DNA from: Vitrella brassicaformis CCMP3155
Lineage: Eukaryota; Protista; Chromerida
NCBI GenBank assembly: GCA_001179505.1
Contig: CDMY01001028.1
Location: forward strand, 124,001 to 188,000
Direction of reading: 5' to 3'
DNA length: 64,000 nucleotides
Shown: positions 32,288 through 44,436 of the stretch, piece after piece
Position numbering within the stretch: the stretch's first letter is position 1
Layout of the letters: every line of letters begins with the position of its first letter
Translations under genes and position numbers: made by a program
Notes under the pieces: generated by a model
Database searches by the model: none
What the model saw: only the letters and a program-made list of their open reading frames with translations
What the model was told of the DNA's origin: nothing

Positions 32288-32600
32288 GGAGGCACACACA
32301 GAGTGTCCGTGCTCTTTATACGTATGCATATCCCCCTTGTTGCCTGTCACCTGCTGCTGTTGGTGTTAGTCTGTGAGATGAAGCTGACGGACATCCATGT
32401 CTTCATCCCCCGTTGGCGAGGCGACCGAATCCATGAATTCATGAGTGGATTGATTCATGTGTCAGTCAACGCAGTCAGTGACTCTGTGTCCATGCACCCA
32501 CACAGTTGATGGAATCGCATATGTACATACACGTGTCTACCTACTCACTCCACCACCCACTCGCCGTCGTCCATTTGTAAGCCGCTACTCAGCCAGCCAG

Positions 32601-35424
32601 TCACCTCTTGCAACCCATCCCACATGGGCTGCTGCAGCATGGCTTCCTCTCAAGCCGCATGTTCCTCTGACTCTCGCGAGCTGGCAGCGGCAGACTCGCG
32701 GTGTAAGCAGTGTAGTAGTGCTTGTGCGGCACATAAGGCATCGGGAGGGACGTGATGGGGGGCGGGGACGGGGGAGGGGACGGTGTTGAGTAACGGGAAC
32801 TCGCCGCGGAGGGAATGTGGCGAGGCAAAGGCGGCTTCAGCTTGGATGCGTCACGAAGGGGCGTGTATTTGACTGCCCGATGTATGTACGGCTTGCAGAT
32901 GGGGGAAGACAGGGGACTGGACGAAAGGGGCGACAACACTCCCCGACCTACGGCCGGCCTTTTATCGGCTGGCGTCCTCTTGCCGCCCCCGAATATAAGT
33001 TCGGTGACCTCTTTCTTTCGGCTGTCGAACGACCCGCCCCAGTCGTCTCGCCAGAAATCCCCAGGAGATATGGAAGCGGCATCGTGCCTCCTTCCCTTCT
33101 GGGCCTTCAACAGATCGCGGATCGCATCCTTGTGGGGCGATGACGGAGCAGCGGCCGTGGCAGGGAGAAGCCTCCTCTCCTGATCAGTGGCGGGCCTGTG
33201 TGGCCGATCTGCGGTTTCTCGCTGACTTTCCCGCCTTCGCATGTCTTGAAGCATATCATCGGCCACCGTGGGTCTGATGTCTCTGTCCATCCCGATCGGC
33301 GCAAAAGCCCTCTCCATCTTGATAGCCCCTCGTGGCGGCTCAGCGACCACCAGCACGCCTTCTGCAGACCCCGAGGGATGCACTCTTCTTTCCTCTTTCC
33401 AGTCCCTCGGCATTTGGCGCGATAGGGGGCTCTCAGTGTTTCTCTGCTGGCCAATCTGTGCATGAGTCCCGAACACCAATGTACGGTCCTCTACTGCGTG
33501 TCTCTTGGGCAGCCTCCCGTCATGTCTCCTAAGTCCACCTTCCCCAATGTCATCCGCTACCAGCGGTCCTTTCATCTCCGCCTTTGTAATCCTTGGAGGA
33601 GTGACAGGCGGTGGGGAGGGCGACCGTCGCCTGGGGGCGCCAGCAGCAGCAGCCTCCACCTCTTTGTCTGGCCGCCCTTCTGGCGTCACCGATCGCACTC
33701 GGGCAGAGGACGCCCCCTTCTCTCTCTCCCTCCGCGCTGGAGGCGCAGTCAGGCCAAGAGGTACAAATGTGCCCCAGCCAGGGCCAGGCGGCCACAGAAT
33801 GCCTTCTGGGTCTTTCGGGCTTGTGTCGGGGCTCACTGCGCGTGAGGGATAGCCCTGTGTGCCGTCGCTGAGCTCGTGCATGTCCGCCCGAAGAGACCTC
33901 TGCCACTTGGCCTCGCCTTCAGCAATGCGCTTAGGCGTCCTCTGCGATCGCTTCGGTGGCGCCTGCCATCCTCGCATCGGCGGAGGGAGAGAGGTGAAAA
34001 GGGAAGGGTCCTGATGCTGCAGGGGACGGTCTTCCTTGGCCCCCTGGATATCCTTCATCAGCGCCTGTGCGTCGCTGAGTGCTTGCTGCAAGGCTGGCAT
34101 AGTATCGTTGCTCGGGCGCAGGGGAGGCGACATCGTTTCTGGCGATTCTTTGCACGATGAGGCCCTGTCTGGCGAGCCGGTCATGCCTCCGCCTTGCTCG
34201 GCATACTGGTAGGGGCACTTCAGCTGTAGCAGATGCCTTGCGTGCTTCAGAGCTTGGGTGGTCTCGGCAAGCTGGTGCTTCTGCCCCTGCAGTAGCCCCC
34301 CAAAGTGTTGGTGCAGCTTGGTCTCGCGCTCATGAGAATTCTGCCGGATCTGCTGGATCTCTTTACGCGCCTCGGTGATGGTTTCTTGCAAAAGAGAGAC
34401 ATCTGTGCTAGTGGTGTCGATGGCCGCAGGAGGGGTTTTGGTGGATTGTTCATGAAGCTGTTGAGCGAGAGAGTCCCTCTCCTTCTTTAGCGTGGCAGTC
34501 TCCTCTTGAGTAGTCTCCAGCTTGGAAAGGCACTCCTGAAGATGTCTTCTGGTCTCGTCCAGCTCCCCGCTAAGCATTCGGTTCTTCTCCGTCTCTCTGG
34601 CCAGTTCTTCTGAGGACTGGGCAGCCCGACTGTCGTGTCTCTCCTGCTGCACGGCGCTCAGCTGCTGTCTAAGCTTTGAGTTGGTGACGGCCTCTTCGTT
34701 AGCTCGTGCCTCCAGCTGCTGGATAGTGACTCGAGAGGTGTCGCACTGTTCCCGCATCTGGTGGATCTGGCTGATGAGCTCGGCCACCGTCTTCTCTTTG
34801 CCCGCCTCGCTCTTCGCCAGCTGCTCCCTCGTCTCCCAAAGCTCCTGTCTCAGCCGCGTGATCTCTTCATGGGACGAACGGCGCGTCGTCTCTGTCCTTT
34901 TCATCTCCTCCCTCAACAGACCGACCTCGGCCTCTGCTTGCCTCCGAGCAGCAGCCTCCTGTGCCGACACAAAGACACCGTCAAGCCAGTCTCTTCCGGG
35001 CCTTTGTCTCGATCTTAATGCGAGTGTACAGTACCTGAGCTGCTGATCTCAGCATGTCACTGAATTGCTGCCGCACGGCCGCCTCGGCAGCGCCGAGGAC
35101 GTTGGAGATGGATGCACTGATCTCCATCTCCTCAACAGGCAGACCTGTGAGGCTCGATTTGCCTTTCATCTTGGGGATGAACTTGGGGCTGGTGTCGACA
35201 GGAGTAGGAGGGGGCGGCTTTACAGAGGGAGGGGGCGGCCGCTTGGCTGGCACGGCAATGGTGTGCGGAGGCGGGTCTGTGCTCCTCGTGGTCTGTTGAG
35301 CCCCGTGCACCTGACTCAGAGGTCGGAAGCTCATGGGCGGTTCGTCTTGGATGCTTCCGACCTCGACGCTGACGTCGACGCAGATTGGCTCTGCAGGGGT
35401 GACAGGCGTCAGCGGCTCTGACAT
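32601..35424 (-). CDS. Uncharacterised protein: Pro-rich N-terminus, long coiled coil, disordered P/R/S-rich C-terminus
   Basis: Exon 35424-35035 splices in phase 0 to a 2.36-kb open exon from 34958 to the stop at 32601; E/Q/K/L-rich heptad-like region. No family recognised. Confidence 0.7.
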
Positions 35425-35460
35425 GATGACCACCGAGACTGCTCGGAGAAACTCGAACAC

Positions 35461-35468
35461 TGCGAGCT
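35461..35468 (+). promoter_or_regulatory. TGCGAGCT motif in the 114-nt coiled-coil/CFAP141 spacer
   Basis: Recurrent motif; see finding. Confidence 0.55.
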
Positions 35469-35538
35469 CCGAGTCGTTCCACTGGGGGCCTCCTGGTGCG
35501 TGCATGCACCCCTCTCCTGCGTTGAAAAGGTCACTGCC

Positions 35539-35956
35539 ATGCAGCCCTTGCGTACTCGCCCCGACTTCACCCTCGTGCGTAGAGCCGCTGCGAACGAGAA
35601 GCAGAGAGACGCCGAGCAGTACGCCCAGAGGCTGGTCAAACAGAACCAAACCACCAAGTGGTTCGAGGCTGGCGTCACCAACGGTGAGCCAAATGCAACC
35701 ATGGAGGCTGCTGCAGCTCCCGTTTCTGCTTCGGCCCCATTGCATGGACTCCCCCCTCCGTGTGTGTGTATGTTCAGCTCGGCGGATCAACCGCAAGCGT
35801 GAAAGCAAGTTTGAGCAGGAGGAGCTGCGCATGGCCAACCAGGAGCTCACTCTTCGGCGGCAGACGAGGCTCAGGCAGCTGTATGAGAGCGAGGCCCAAA
35901 TGTACGAGGCTGAGCTTGAACAGCGCGGCCTGGCCATCCAGAGGGAGTACGCATGA
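35539..35956 (+). CDS. CFAP141: Cilia- and flagella-associated protein 141-like (microtubule inner protein)
   Basis: Two exons (35539-35683, 35778-35956). EELRMANQELTLRRQTRLRQLYESEAQMYEAELEQRGLAIQRE parallels the C-terminal half of human C1orf189/CFAP141 as recalled from memory. Confidence 0.7.
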
Positions 35957-37115
35957 CTGACTGACCATATGGCAGCAGCGGGAGGCATGACAGACACACT
36001 ACTTGACTTGACAGAATGTATGTATGGACGAAATAAGAATAACCCGTTCAGTCTTCAGACAGACAAAACACGAGAGGGGGCAATGCAATCGTCACACATG
36101 CACACACCGCACAGCACACGGTGCCATGCCATCGATCCAGTCCATCCAATCAGTGGTGTGAATGAGTGCACCCAACCACAAACAATCCTCTCTCGCCCCG
36201 TACACCACACCCACCCACCATCCCTCCAAAATGGCCGGCCCCTCTCGCGCGATACACAGACAGATGGGGAGGGGAGGGAGGGAAGGCATACAGTCAGACA
36301 GCCACGTCTTAGTGTTACATAGCGCTCACACACGCACACACGCATACACACGCAGCCAGAGGCGAGTGAATGTGACTACTTACTTATCCACAAGCTGGCC
36401 TGGCTGCGGGAATGGATCGAGGGGACTAGAAAGTACAAAAAGAAACATTGAGGGGGGAGGGGGGGGGTGGGGCCATACATACGGTCATTGTCTTGTCTTT
36501 TGTTTAAACGGCCCGCCATGCGCCCCACATACACACATGATGCGTCCCAGAGGGAGAAACAAGTCATGTGTGGCTGTTCTTGCATCACTGCTAGACGAGA
36601 GAGGGGAGGAGACGGGAGTCAGACAGTCATGCAGACAAAGAGAGAGGTGCACGGGGCAAAGGGAGAAAAATGGGGCTGAGTGGGTCGCGAAGGCACTGCC
36701 ATTGTTTTTGAGCCATCCATGCGGCTAGATTGACTGGCTTGACTGCACTCTGTCTCCTCTTGTCTGTCTCGCTTACCTGTACACCCATGCAGCCGACAAG
36801 TGAAAGCCGCCAAATTCACCCAGTCAGCCAGCCAGCCAGTCAGTCAACACAATAGGACGGAGGGAGAAAAATGGAGAAAAATTGGGCCTTTCCTGCTTGT
36901 GCTGTGTGTGTGATCCGTCATGCAGCGTATCCATGCCACGGGGGCATCCATGGGGACAAAAAATAGAGCATCGGCTACCTCCATGCCACATGCGGCTGTC
37001 TGTCTGTCTGTCTGCCCATGTCGCCCCAAGGGCACCAGGCATCGCTTCTCTCTATTCACCTCTCACTCATCGGCAGCCATCGTGTTTGGTGTTCGACAAA
37101 GAACCCCACACGCGA

Positions 37116-37145
37116 CCCTGGCTGCTCAGCTCAGAGCAGCCAGGG
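37116..37145. repeat. Perfect 12-bp inverted repeat with 6-nt loop (ccctggctgctc-agctca-gagcagccaggg)
   Basis: Read directly; lies in the convergent region between CFAP141 and the SDR gene. Confidence 0.95.
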
Positions 37146-37555
37146 CACCGTGTGGAGCCTCACCTCAAACACCCAACACGAAGCACATCCGAGGGAGACA
37201 GAAACGATCAGAAAGGCCAATTCTTCTGTTCTGCTCTGTTCCCGGTGTTCCGTCAATGCGTGCATCCTGACTAATTCGGGGAAAAGGCAGCACCCAAATG
37301 CAAGACAGCATCGGACAGACAGAAGGTCAAAAAACAAACAACACGGCGGCGCCTTGAACGCCAAAAAGATATACAGTGTCACACAGAAAAGACAAGACAG
37401 CCAGCACCTCTCTCACCCCCACCCCCAGTCAGCCACCGAGATCGACAATTGATTGAAACTCCCCTCAACACACACAACACAACACACGCGCAGACAGCAT
37501 ACATGCAGTCAATGTACATTTACATGCATCCATCTTTCCTTTCATGTGCGTCACG

Positions 37556-39551
37556 TCAGGCAGCATTGACCCCCAGCCTGCTCTGGTCCCAGCTGGACAG
37601 GTGGGGTATCTCATACTGGCCCCACATGACCTGCTCGCCCTCTTCCTGACCCCCGGCCATCGACCCGCTGTCATGGGGTTGCCGCTGCTGCTCGTCGCTC
37701 GCGTCGCTCATCATGTCGTCGCCCCCATCTGTGTCGTGGGGGCCGCCCGCACCACCAGCGGCACCGGCCATCTGAACGCCGGTCTTGGCCGCCGCATCGG
37801 CCATGATGTGGATCATCCTGACGGCTGAGTTGGCGGCGAGTGGGATCTGGTATGTCAGGGGCAGCCAGCGGTTGAGCAGACCGGGCAGCCATGACATCAT
37901 GCCCAGAGACAACAGCGGAGGCAGGGAAGGGGCCACACCTGAATGAGCAAATCCAGGCACGCAGGCATGAATGTGTGACGCTCGAGTTCTCAGGTTGTTG
38001 CAGGGGGCTTACCGGCAGCGTATTCCTCGATAGCTTTGAGTACGGATGTGGCCGCCTCCAGACACGTCATGGCCGACGGGTCCACCTCAGACTGATCGAT
38101 AAATCGACGAATAAGACACACAAGATGAAGATTACGAGACCGATCTCTCATGTGGCCTGTCTGGGTTTCTACCTGTATGTGCTGGTTGAGGCCGAACTGC
38201 TCCCAGCCGTCAGTCAAAATGGCTGCATCCATACATTTTGTACATATGTTTATGTTGCTGTCGGCTCTCTCGTGGTTCCTTCCCTCCATCCCTCCCTCCC
38301 TTGCTGCCTGACATGAGGGTTCGACGAGCATGATCTGCACGGGCGACTCACAGATGTACTGCAGCTCAGAACGCAGCGATGACACAAAACTGCAACACAC
38401 ACAATTTATACATCCATGCACGGAAACCTGAGAGTTTTGCGGTATGTGCGTACCCCCTCATGAACATCTTGGTGCCACACGCGGTGCTCATGAGAGGCGT
38501 CGGCAAATTCGCAGCGTTCGAACCGATAAACACTATGGCACCTGCAACACACCAACAAACAGCAACACCACACCATACCCTACACCGTGTTTGGGGGCCG
38601 CCTGTGTGTGAGCGTACGTACCCTTTTCCTGGTCCATCATGCGAGTGAGTATGCTGTGTGTGAGGCACAGCACGGCCTCCACGCCGATCCTGGCGATCGT
38701 CAGGTGCTTGGCGGGTGATGTGGATGCGAACAGACCCAACGATGCACCGGCAGCATTGTTGACGAGCAATCCTGGCACACACACACACACACACACACAG
38801 ACAGACAGGGGCATGTGTGTGTGTGTGTGTGTGTATGAGTGCGTTTGTTGGCTGCCCACGGCACTCACCGACAGACTCATAGGAGGGGACCGTCCTGCTG
38901 ATGAAGTGCAGCAGCCCCTCGATCTCCCTAATGTGGCTCAAATCGGCACTGTACACCTCACACACACCACCAGACGCTGTTATCTCGCCCTGCACACACA
39001 CAACAATACACACATTCGTGTCTTTTCTTCCTGTACGTATCGTGTCCCCTCCCTGCCGCCCAGGGTACGCACCCGGAGAGTCTGCAGCCGCTGCAGTCTC
39101 CTCGCAACAGCTATCACTTTGAACCCATGACTGAATCGGATCACACACGAACATGACACACGAGATGAACAGCCGGCTGTTGATTGCCTTCGAGCATCCC
39201 TCCCTCCATTGCTTTGCTCACTGCAGACTCAGTTGCAGCGCCAATTGCCTCCCAAGACCAGCCGACGCACCCGTGACGATAGCCCACTCTGAAGAACAAA
39301 AGGGAGGAGAGGAGCACATCATCACGTCGTCCGTCAGAGCCTTGTCACAGCCATCCATCACTGCCACCCTTCCCTCCCCCGTCTGTCTGCGTACCTCCCA
39401 GTGCCGCGGGCAGGTCACATTGGCGCATCAGCTGTCGCCTCCTCCTCTCTCGGGCCAGAGTGCGCCACGCCACCAACCCACAAGCCACCCCTGCGGCTCC
39501 GGCGGCACCGGCGAGGGCCAGCGTCGCCGCAGAGGGCTTCTCAATCGCCAT
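37556..39551 (-). CDS. Membrane-anchored SDR of the 3-ketoacyl-CoA reductase/HSD17B12/HSDL1 type; catalytic Tyr replaced by Ala
   Basis: N-terminal TM (LALAGAAGAAGVACGLVAW), WAIVTGASAGLG, LLVNNAAG, GAIVFIGS, PTPLMSTACGTK in place of PxPxxxxYxxxK, FVSSLRSEL, VEPSSILT. Exons in phase. Confidence 0.85.
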
Positions 39552-39622
39552 GGACGGCTCACGCACACTCAACCAACCTCACAAGGCACTGAGGCCTCCA
39601 GAAAGACGCGAGGTCTCGTCTA

Positions 39623-39633
39623 TGCGAGCTTAG
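39623..39633 (+). promoter_or_regulatory. TGCGAGCTTAG motif in the SDR/CE4 spacer
   Basis: Recurrent motif; identical 11-mer to 46422-46432. Confidence 0.55.
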
Positions 39634-39879
39634 GGCCAGCAAAGGGGGTGGTTTAAGGGTAAATTTGTCCGCAAAAGATGGTGGCGAACGATTTGCAGGA
39701 TTGTGATGTTGGTGGGTAATGCGAGAAGTGCGAGAAAGAGTGTGCGCTTCCTGTTGACCTTGACTGGCCTCCTGCTGCCCTTGCTGCTGCCTGTTCCTGC
39801 GAAGCACCTTCCCACCCGGGTGTTACACCTTCACACCACACATCCGCCTCTCTCGTTTGCCCTCAGGAGGTTCCCGCGG

Positions 39880-41356
39880 ATGTCATCCAAGGCGAGTGGC
39901 GGTGCGCTGCCGTCCCTTCTCCCATCCCGCAGCCACATCACCAAGTGGTGATAAATCCGCATACACTCAAGAAGTGGCGTTTCTTGCTTTTCGAATGCTC
40001 TGTGATTTGCGTGTGCGTGCAGGGCATGGAGGAGCCTCCACACTTGGGGATCACGATGGGCGCTGGCAGCGTCGGCGTACCTGCCCTTCCTGCCGCAGAG
40101 CAAGTGTGTCTTCTACTTTGACATCCAGAAGCCCGTCATTGCACTCACCATCGATGTATGTGAGCCATGCAGAGGGGAGGCGGCATGTGTGTGAGTGGAG
40201 TGGCTGGTGTGTGTGGCGTGTTGGGTGTGCTGTTCAGGATGCGCCAGGCAGTGATGAGTCGGTGAGCTTCCAGCTGCTCGACTGTCTGAAGGACAACGGT
40301 GTGAAGGCCACGTTCTTCATCATCTCATCTCGTACGCGAGGCAACACCGGCCGGCCATGCATGCCTTGATGCGATGCGCCCATTGTGCGCTCTGTGTGTG
40401 TGTGTGTGTGTCTGTGTGTGCAGATGTGGACGGGCAGGAGTCGGTCGTGAGGCGGATGGTTGAGGACGGTCATGAGCTGGCCAATCATATGACGCACGAC
40501 AAGCCTGCTCATCGTTTGGACGAGGCGACGTTCGAGAGGCTGCTGCTGCAGTGCGAGTCGGTGCTGAATCAGTTCGTGCCTGACTTCAAGGAGAGGCAGC
40601 TCAAGTGGTATCGGCCGCCAATGGGACTGGCCAGCGAGGTCATGCATCGAGTGCTCGCCAAACACAGATACACATCGGCACTGGTGAGCGACGGAGGCAG
40701 GGGGGGAGGGGAGGCGAACATACCCACCCTCTCATGTGTGTTGGTGTGCATCTGTTTGTTTGTGTGGACAGGGCGACGTCTATCCCCTGGACGTTAACCT
40801 GCAGGAGCATCCCACCTTTTTGCGTGACTTCGTCCACGACCACGCCAAGCCGGGCTCGATTGTCATCCTCCATTTCCCCTCGGCCACGTTCAGAGCCGAG
40901 AACCTGTGGGTGCTGAAGCAGGTGGTTCCGCAGCTGACGGCCAAGTTCGAGTGCGTCACCCTGTCAGAGCTGCACGACATCGCCAAGGCAGAGGGGGACA
41001 ACGGCAGCAACAAACCCCCCACCAAGCGAGAGAAGGAGACCGTCAGGTCATCCTCCCTGCCCGAGGCCATCGCGTCAGACCCCTCCCTCCTCCACTCAGC
41101 ACAGTCGGCAATTGATGTCGATGCCGCCGCTGCTCAGCCCCCCGCCGCCCGCCGTGCGCTCTCGCCCTTCCTGTCATTTCAGTCGATGAGCCGTCTGGGT
41201 GTGAACCACAACAGGAAGGCCAAGAACAGTACGTCGTCGCGCTCGCCCTCGCCCCAGCTGGCATCGCTTGAGGGTGATCGAGGAGGGGTCGGGGCAGTCG
41301 GGTGCTGGCCGCTGGCGCGGAGTGGCAGCCTTAGAGGCAGAGAGGCGGGGAAGTGA
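39880..41356 (+). CDS. CE4 polysaccharide/chitin deacetylase-like protein (NodB homology domain) with a Ser-rich tail
   Basis: ALTIDDAP, KATFFII, GHELANHMTHD, KWYRPPMG, LGDVYPLD, PGSIVILH, VTLSEL. Five exons in phase from ATG 39880. Confidence 0.88.
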
Positions 41357-41609
41357 GACGTGCTTCCATCGTGCCTGTGTTGGGGGTGGGGAGAGAGAGT
41401 GAGTGGATTTTTCTCGCTTGTTTGTATGTGTCTGTCGACTTACTTACTACACTGGGGGCTCTGTTTTCCTTATCTGTACAGTAGCTGCTGCCTTGGACTG
41501 TGTGTAGTCGAGCGACGTGTCGAGCGTGGCGAGATGCGAATTTTCCATCAATCGCGATGTGGAATGACAGGATGGACACGTGACCCTACGGATAGACAGG
41601 GATTCAAAC

Positions 41610-42713
41610 ATGCGGCTCCACAAATATGTACGCTTTAAGTCTCTCACAGTACCGTCGAGAATTTTCGTGGGAGACGGCCTTTTGAGACTTGTCCAGAACA
41701 AGGTAGAAAATTCATTCTACACGTCGCCCCCTGATTAGCCCCGTCCACGCCGTCTGCTGTTGTTTTCCCAAGCAAGAGCGCGACCAAAGAAGAAGTTTCC
41801 CGAGGGGACTCTCACGTGGAGGCGAGTGCCCGGCGTCTGCCTGATGCTGGTCAAGGTGGACGTGTCTGCCAACCAGGAAAAGCGCACTTTGATCCAGAGA
41901 CTGCTGCGTCTGAAGGAGAGAATGGTGGCCGACAAGCACGGAGTGCAATTCTGTGTAAGTCACTCTTACTCGAATAGCGTCTATGACACTTTTGCCTGTG
42001 TGCAGACGAGCATCACGGAGGCCTTTGTTCAGGTGAGCTGTTCACAATCTGAGAGAAGGCGAAGCCTTGCCGCTGGGGAGAGGGATCTCCTGCCGAGCGC
42101 GAAAACCTCACGTTCCTGCCACTTGGCCTCACGTTCTCTGCCGCGACACCGACAGGGAAGAAGCGGCGTGAAGGTGGGAGAGGGGAGCGTGAAGGGGGCG
42201 AAACGTGCATCTGCCAGGAGGGCGTTGGATTCGCTCACGGATAAGGTGAGTCAGATGAGTACACCATTCATGCTTGACACGGTTTTTTGACATTCAGGGT
42301 GTGGCCACACTTTCTCGCCACACGAGCAAGGTCAGCCCGATCGTGACGCGCGAGCAGCTCGTGAGGACGACGCGGTCCAAGAAGCTCAAGGCTCCACCGA
42401 TGTGTATTACGTTGTGTATTACCGCGAGAGAACGGGCTGCACCATGGACCTAATCACGGCCATCCACAAGCAAATCCGCTCCGATGTGGTGAATGACATT
42501 GTCCCGCTAGTCGACGGCAAAGAGGTAGAAGCGGACTGAGGACAATCATTTCAGACCTATTGCCTTCACCGTGCTCATCGATGGCAAATAGTAAGCTGAA
42601 GGAAGCTGAAGGGAGTCCCACCGACACGCCGCACTTACTCTACCGCATGCTGTCGTTTTATTTGCCACTGCAGCGAAGTTCGCATCGGTGCAGACGGCCT
42701 CGAGGAGCTGTAG
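41610..42713 (+). CDS. Hypothetical basic protein, possibly with a divergent dsRNA-binding motif; gene model uncertain
   Basis: High-GC3 exons give ...ADKHGVQFC|TSITEAFVQ|GRSGVKVGEGSVKGAKRASARRALDSLTDK|GVATL...; predicted end PIAFTVLIDGKYEVRIGADGLEEL*. The model needs one 36-nt intron and one weak donor. Confidence 0.4.
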
Positions 42714-42723
42714 AAGACATGAC

Positions 42724-43483
42724 ATGTCTCATCCCAACTTCGCACGAAGGCTTCACCTACCAGGATGGCTCGGGAACGAATGGTGGCCGGAGGCGGATTC
42801 TGTCAAGTTTGCCCACACCACAAGCAGCACAGAAGTTGATTACCTGCATCGAAAGTGGTGAGCAGGTCGAATTCACAAACGGCACACCGCGACACACACG
42901 GGATGTTCACTCTTGTTTTGTGTGTGTGTGTGTGTGGTGTGTGTGTGTTCGTGTGTGAAGTCACGGGCTCCGTCACCACTCAACCGAGAAAGCGCAGATG
43001 AGAAATTTCCGACGACTCCAGAGAGGTACGAATGTGTATACCCACATGCACACAAAGCGACATCCGAAACATTCGTATTCTCTTATCATCTGTATGTATA
43101 TGTCTCTTGCATGCAGTAATGAACCTGCTGACGGAACAGCGGGAATACGCAGAGGTCGAGCGCATCAAGCAGCTGGTGACGCGGCCGGAGCCCGGCACAA
43201 CGAACATGACGCGCGAATACCACTACGGAATATCGACTGCGTGCTGGTCAACCGATGGGAGGAAGAGGAGGCGAAAAGAGAGAAGAAGCTGGGTTTCGAC
43301 GAAGACATGTTCAACCGAATGACGTGGACACTATACCAGTGGATGGATGCAGAGCTCCTCTGCGATCAATTTCAACAACAGCGGCTGAAGAAATCCACCA
43401 GAGACCTACTCTACCTACACAACATCAATTGTGTACTGGTAAGGATGAGGGGCTACCAAGACATCCTAGCGAAGCGCTCTTGA
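42724..43483 (+). pseudogene. Hypothetical gene with an apparent single-base frameshift near 43229 (pseudogene or assembly error)
   Basis: GC3-rich coding character switches frame at about 43229. Adding one A gives TREYHYGNIDCVLVNRW, which parallels the downstream TRDLLYLHNINCVLVRM. Confidence 0.35.
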
Positions 43484-44436
43484 TGTTTCTCTTTTGACAT
43501 CCGGCAGACGAAGGCATGGCGGCCATGAGATGATATTCACACGGCGAATTCGACTGCTGCCCGTGCGTATAGATCCATGCCAGTCGTGGGTAGGTAGATA
43601 CCGACGACATCGGCCCTCACTGACCCTCACTGAGAGACAGGTACCTGCAATGACAGTTGAATCCATCTTGCGAGCAGACACGCAGATGGATTCAAAAAAC
43701 GAATGCTGTGTGTCGGTGTCAGATCTCAAAATCGTTGCCTACATTATATATACATGGCATATTTCCTTCTATCTCTCCGCATCCACCATCGAGTACCGCC
43801 AAAACATGGTAACGAGGAACATCAGATCGAGAGACGTCAGATCGAGAAGTCTACATGCAAAGTGAGCATCCAACGAGCTTATACGTACGTATGTGAGTAA
43901 ACGGGGGCTGTGTACTGTATGTGATGTTCAGTGGGTGAATAGGCCCATGGCCCTCGCCACCGACCCGACCGACGTGTGTGCCTGGAGTCTATGATGTGTG
44001 TCCTCTCTGTCTGTATGGTGTGTGATTTGCCCGAGACAGACACGCAGACAGACAGAGGGACGGGATGGCCTATTTGTTGCTCATGACCAGCCAGCTTCGA
44101 GTGATATGAACACAGACCTTATCGAAAGGATTTAATTGGCATCGCTTCGAAAGCGTGTGGAATGCATGAGTGTGTGTGGAGAGTCGCCACTGCAGTGTGA
44201 CCATCATTCATCATTCAGTCAATTCTTAAAACGGTCCATCTCACCCCCCCTCTCCTCTCCTCTCTCCACGTGACAAAAATATGACCTACATACCGACCAT
44301 CTGCATAATCACTGACGTGACGTCTCTCCCCCCCTCCTTCTCACTCACATGTCAGACATGACATGGTTGCAGCCATGCCAATGAATGACACATCCCGTTA
44401 TTTACCCACACGCGGCGTCATGCCGTCGAAGGTCAG

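Noticed and set aside
35500-35509. TGCATGCA (ApiAP2-type site) as a specific promoter signal
   Set aside because: TGCATG-like words are common in introns throughout the window, so one copy is uninformative.
36451-36472. G-rich run as a functional G-quadruplex
   Set aside because: A simple homopolymer tract in a repeat-rich genome with no further support.
38092-38307. Apparent GC donor in the SDR gene
   Set aside because: A small internal exon (SILTDGWEQFGLNQHIQ) allows canonical GT-AG splicing.
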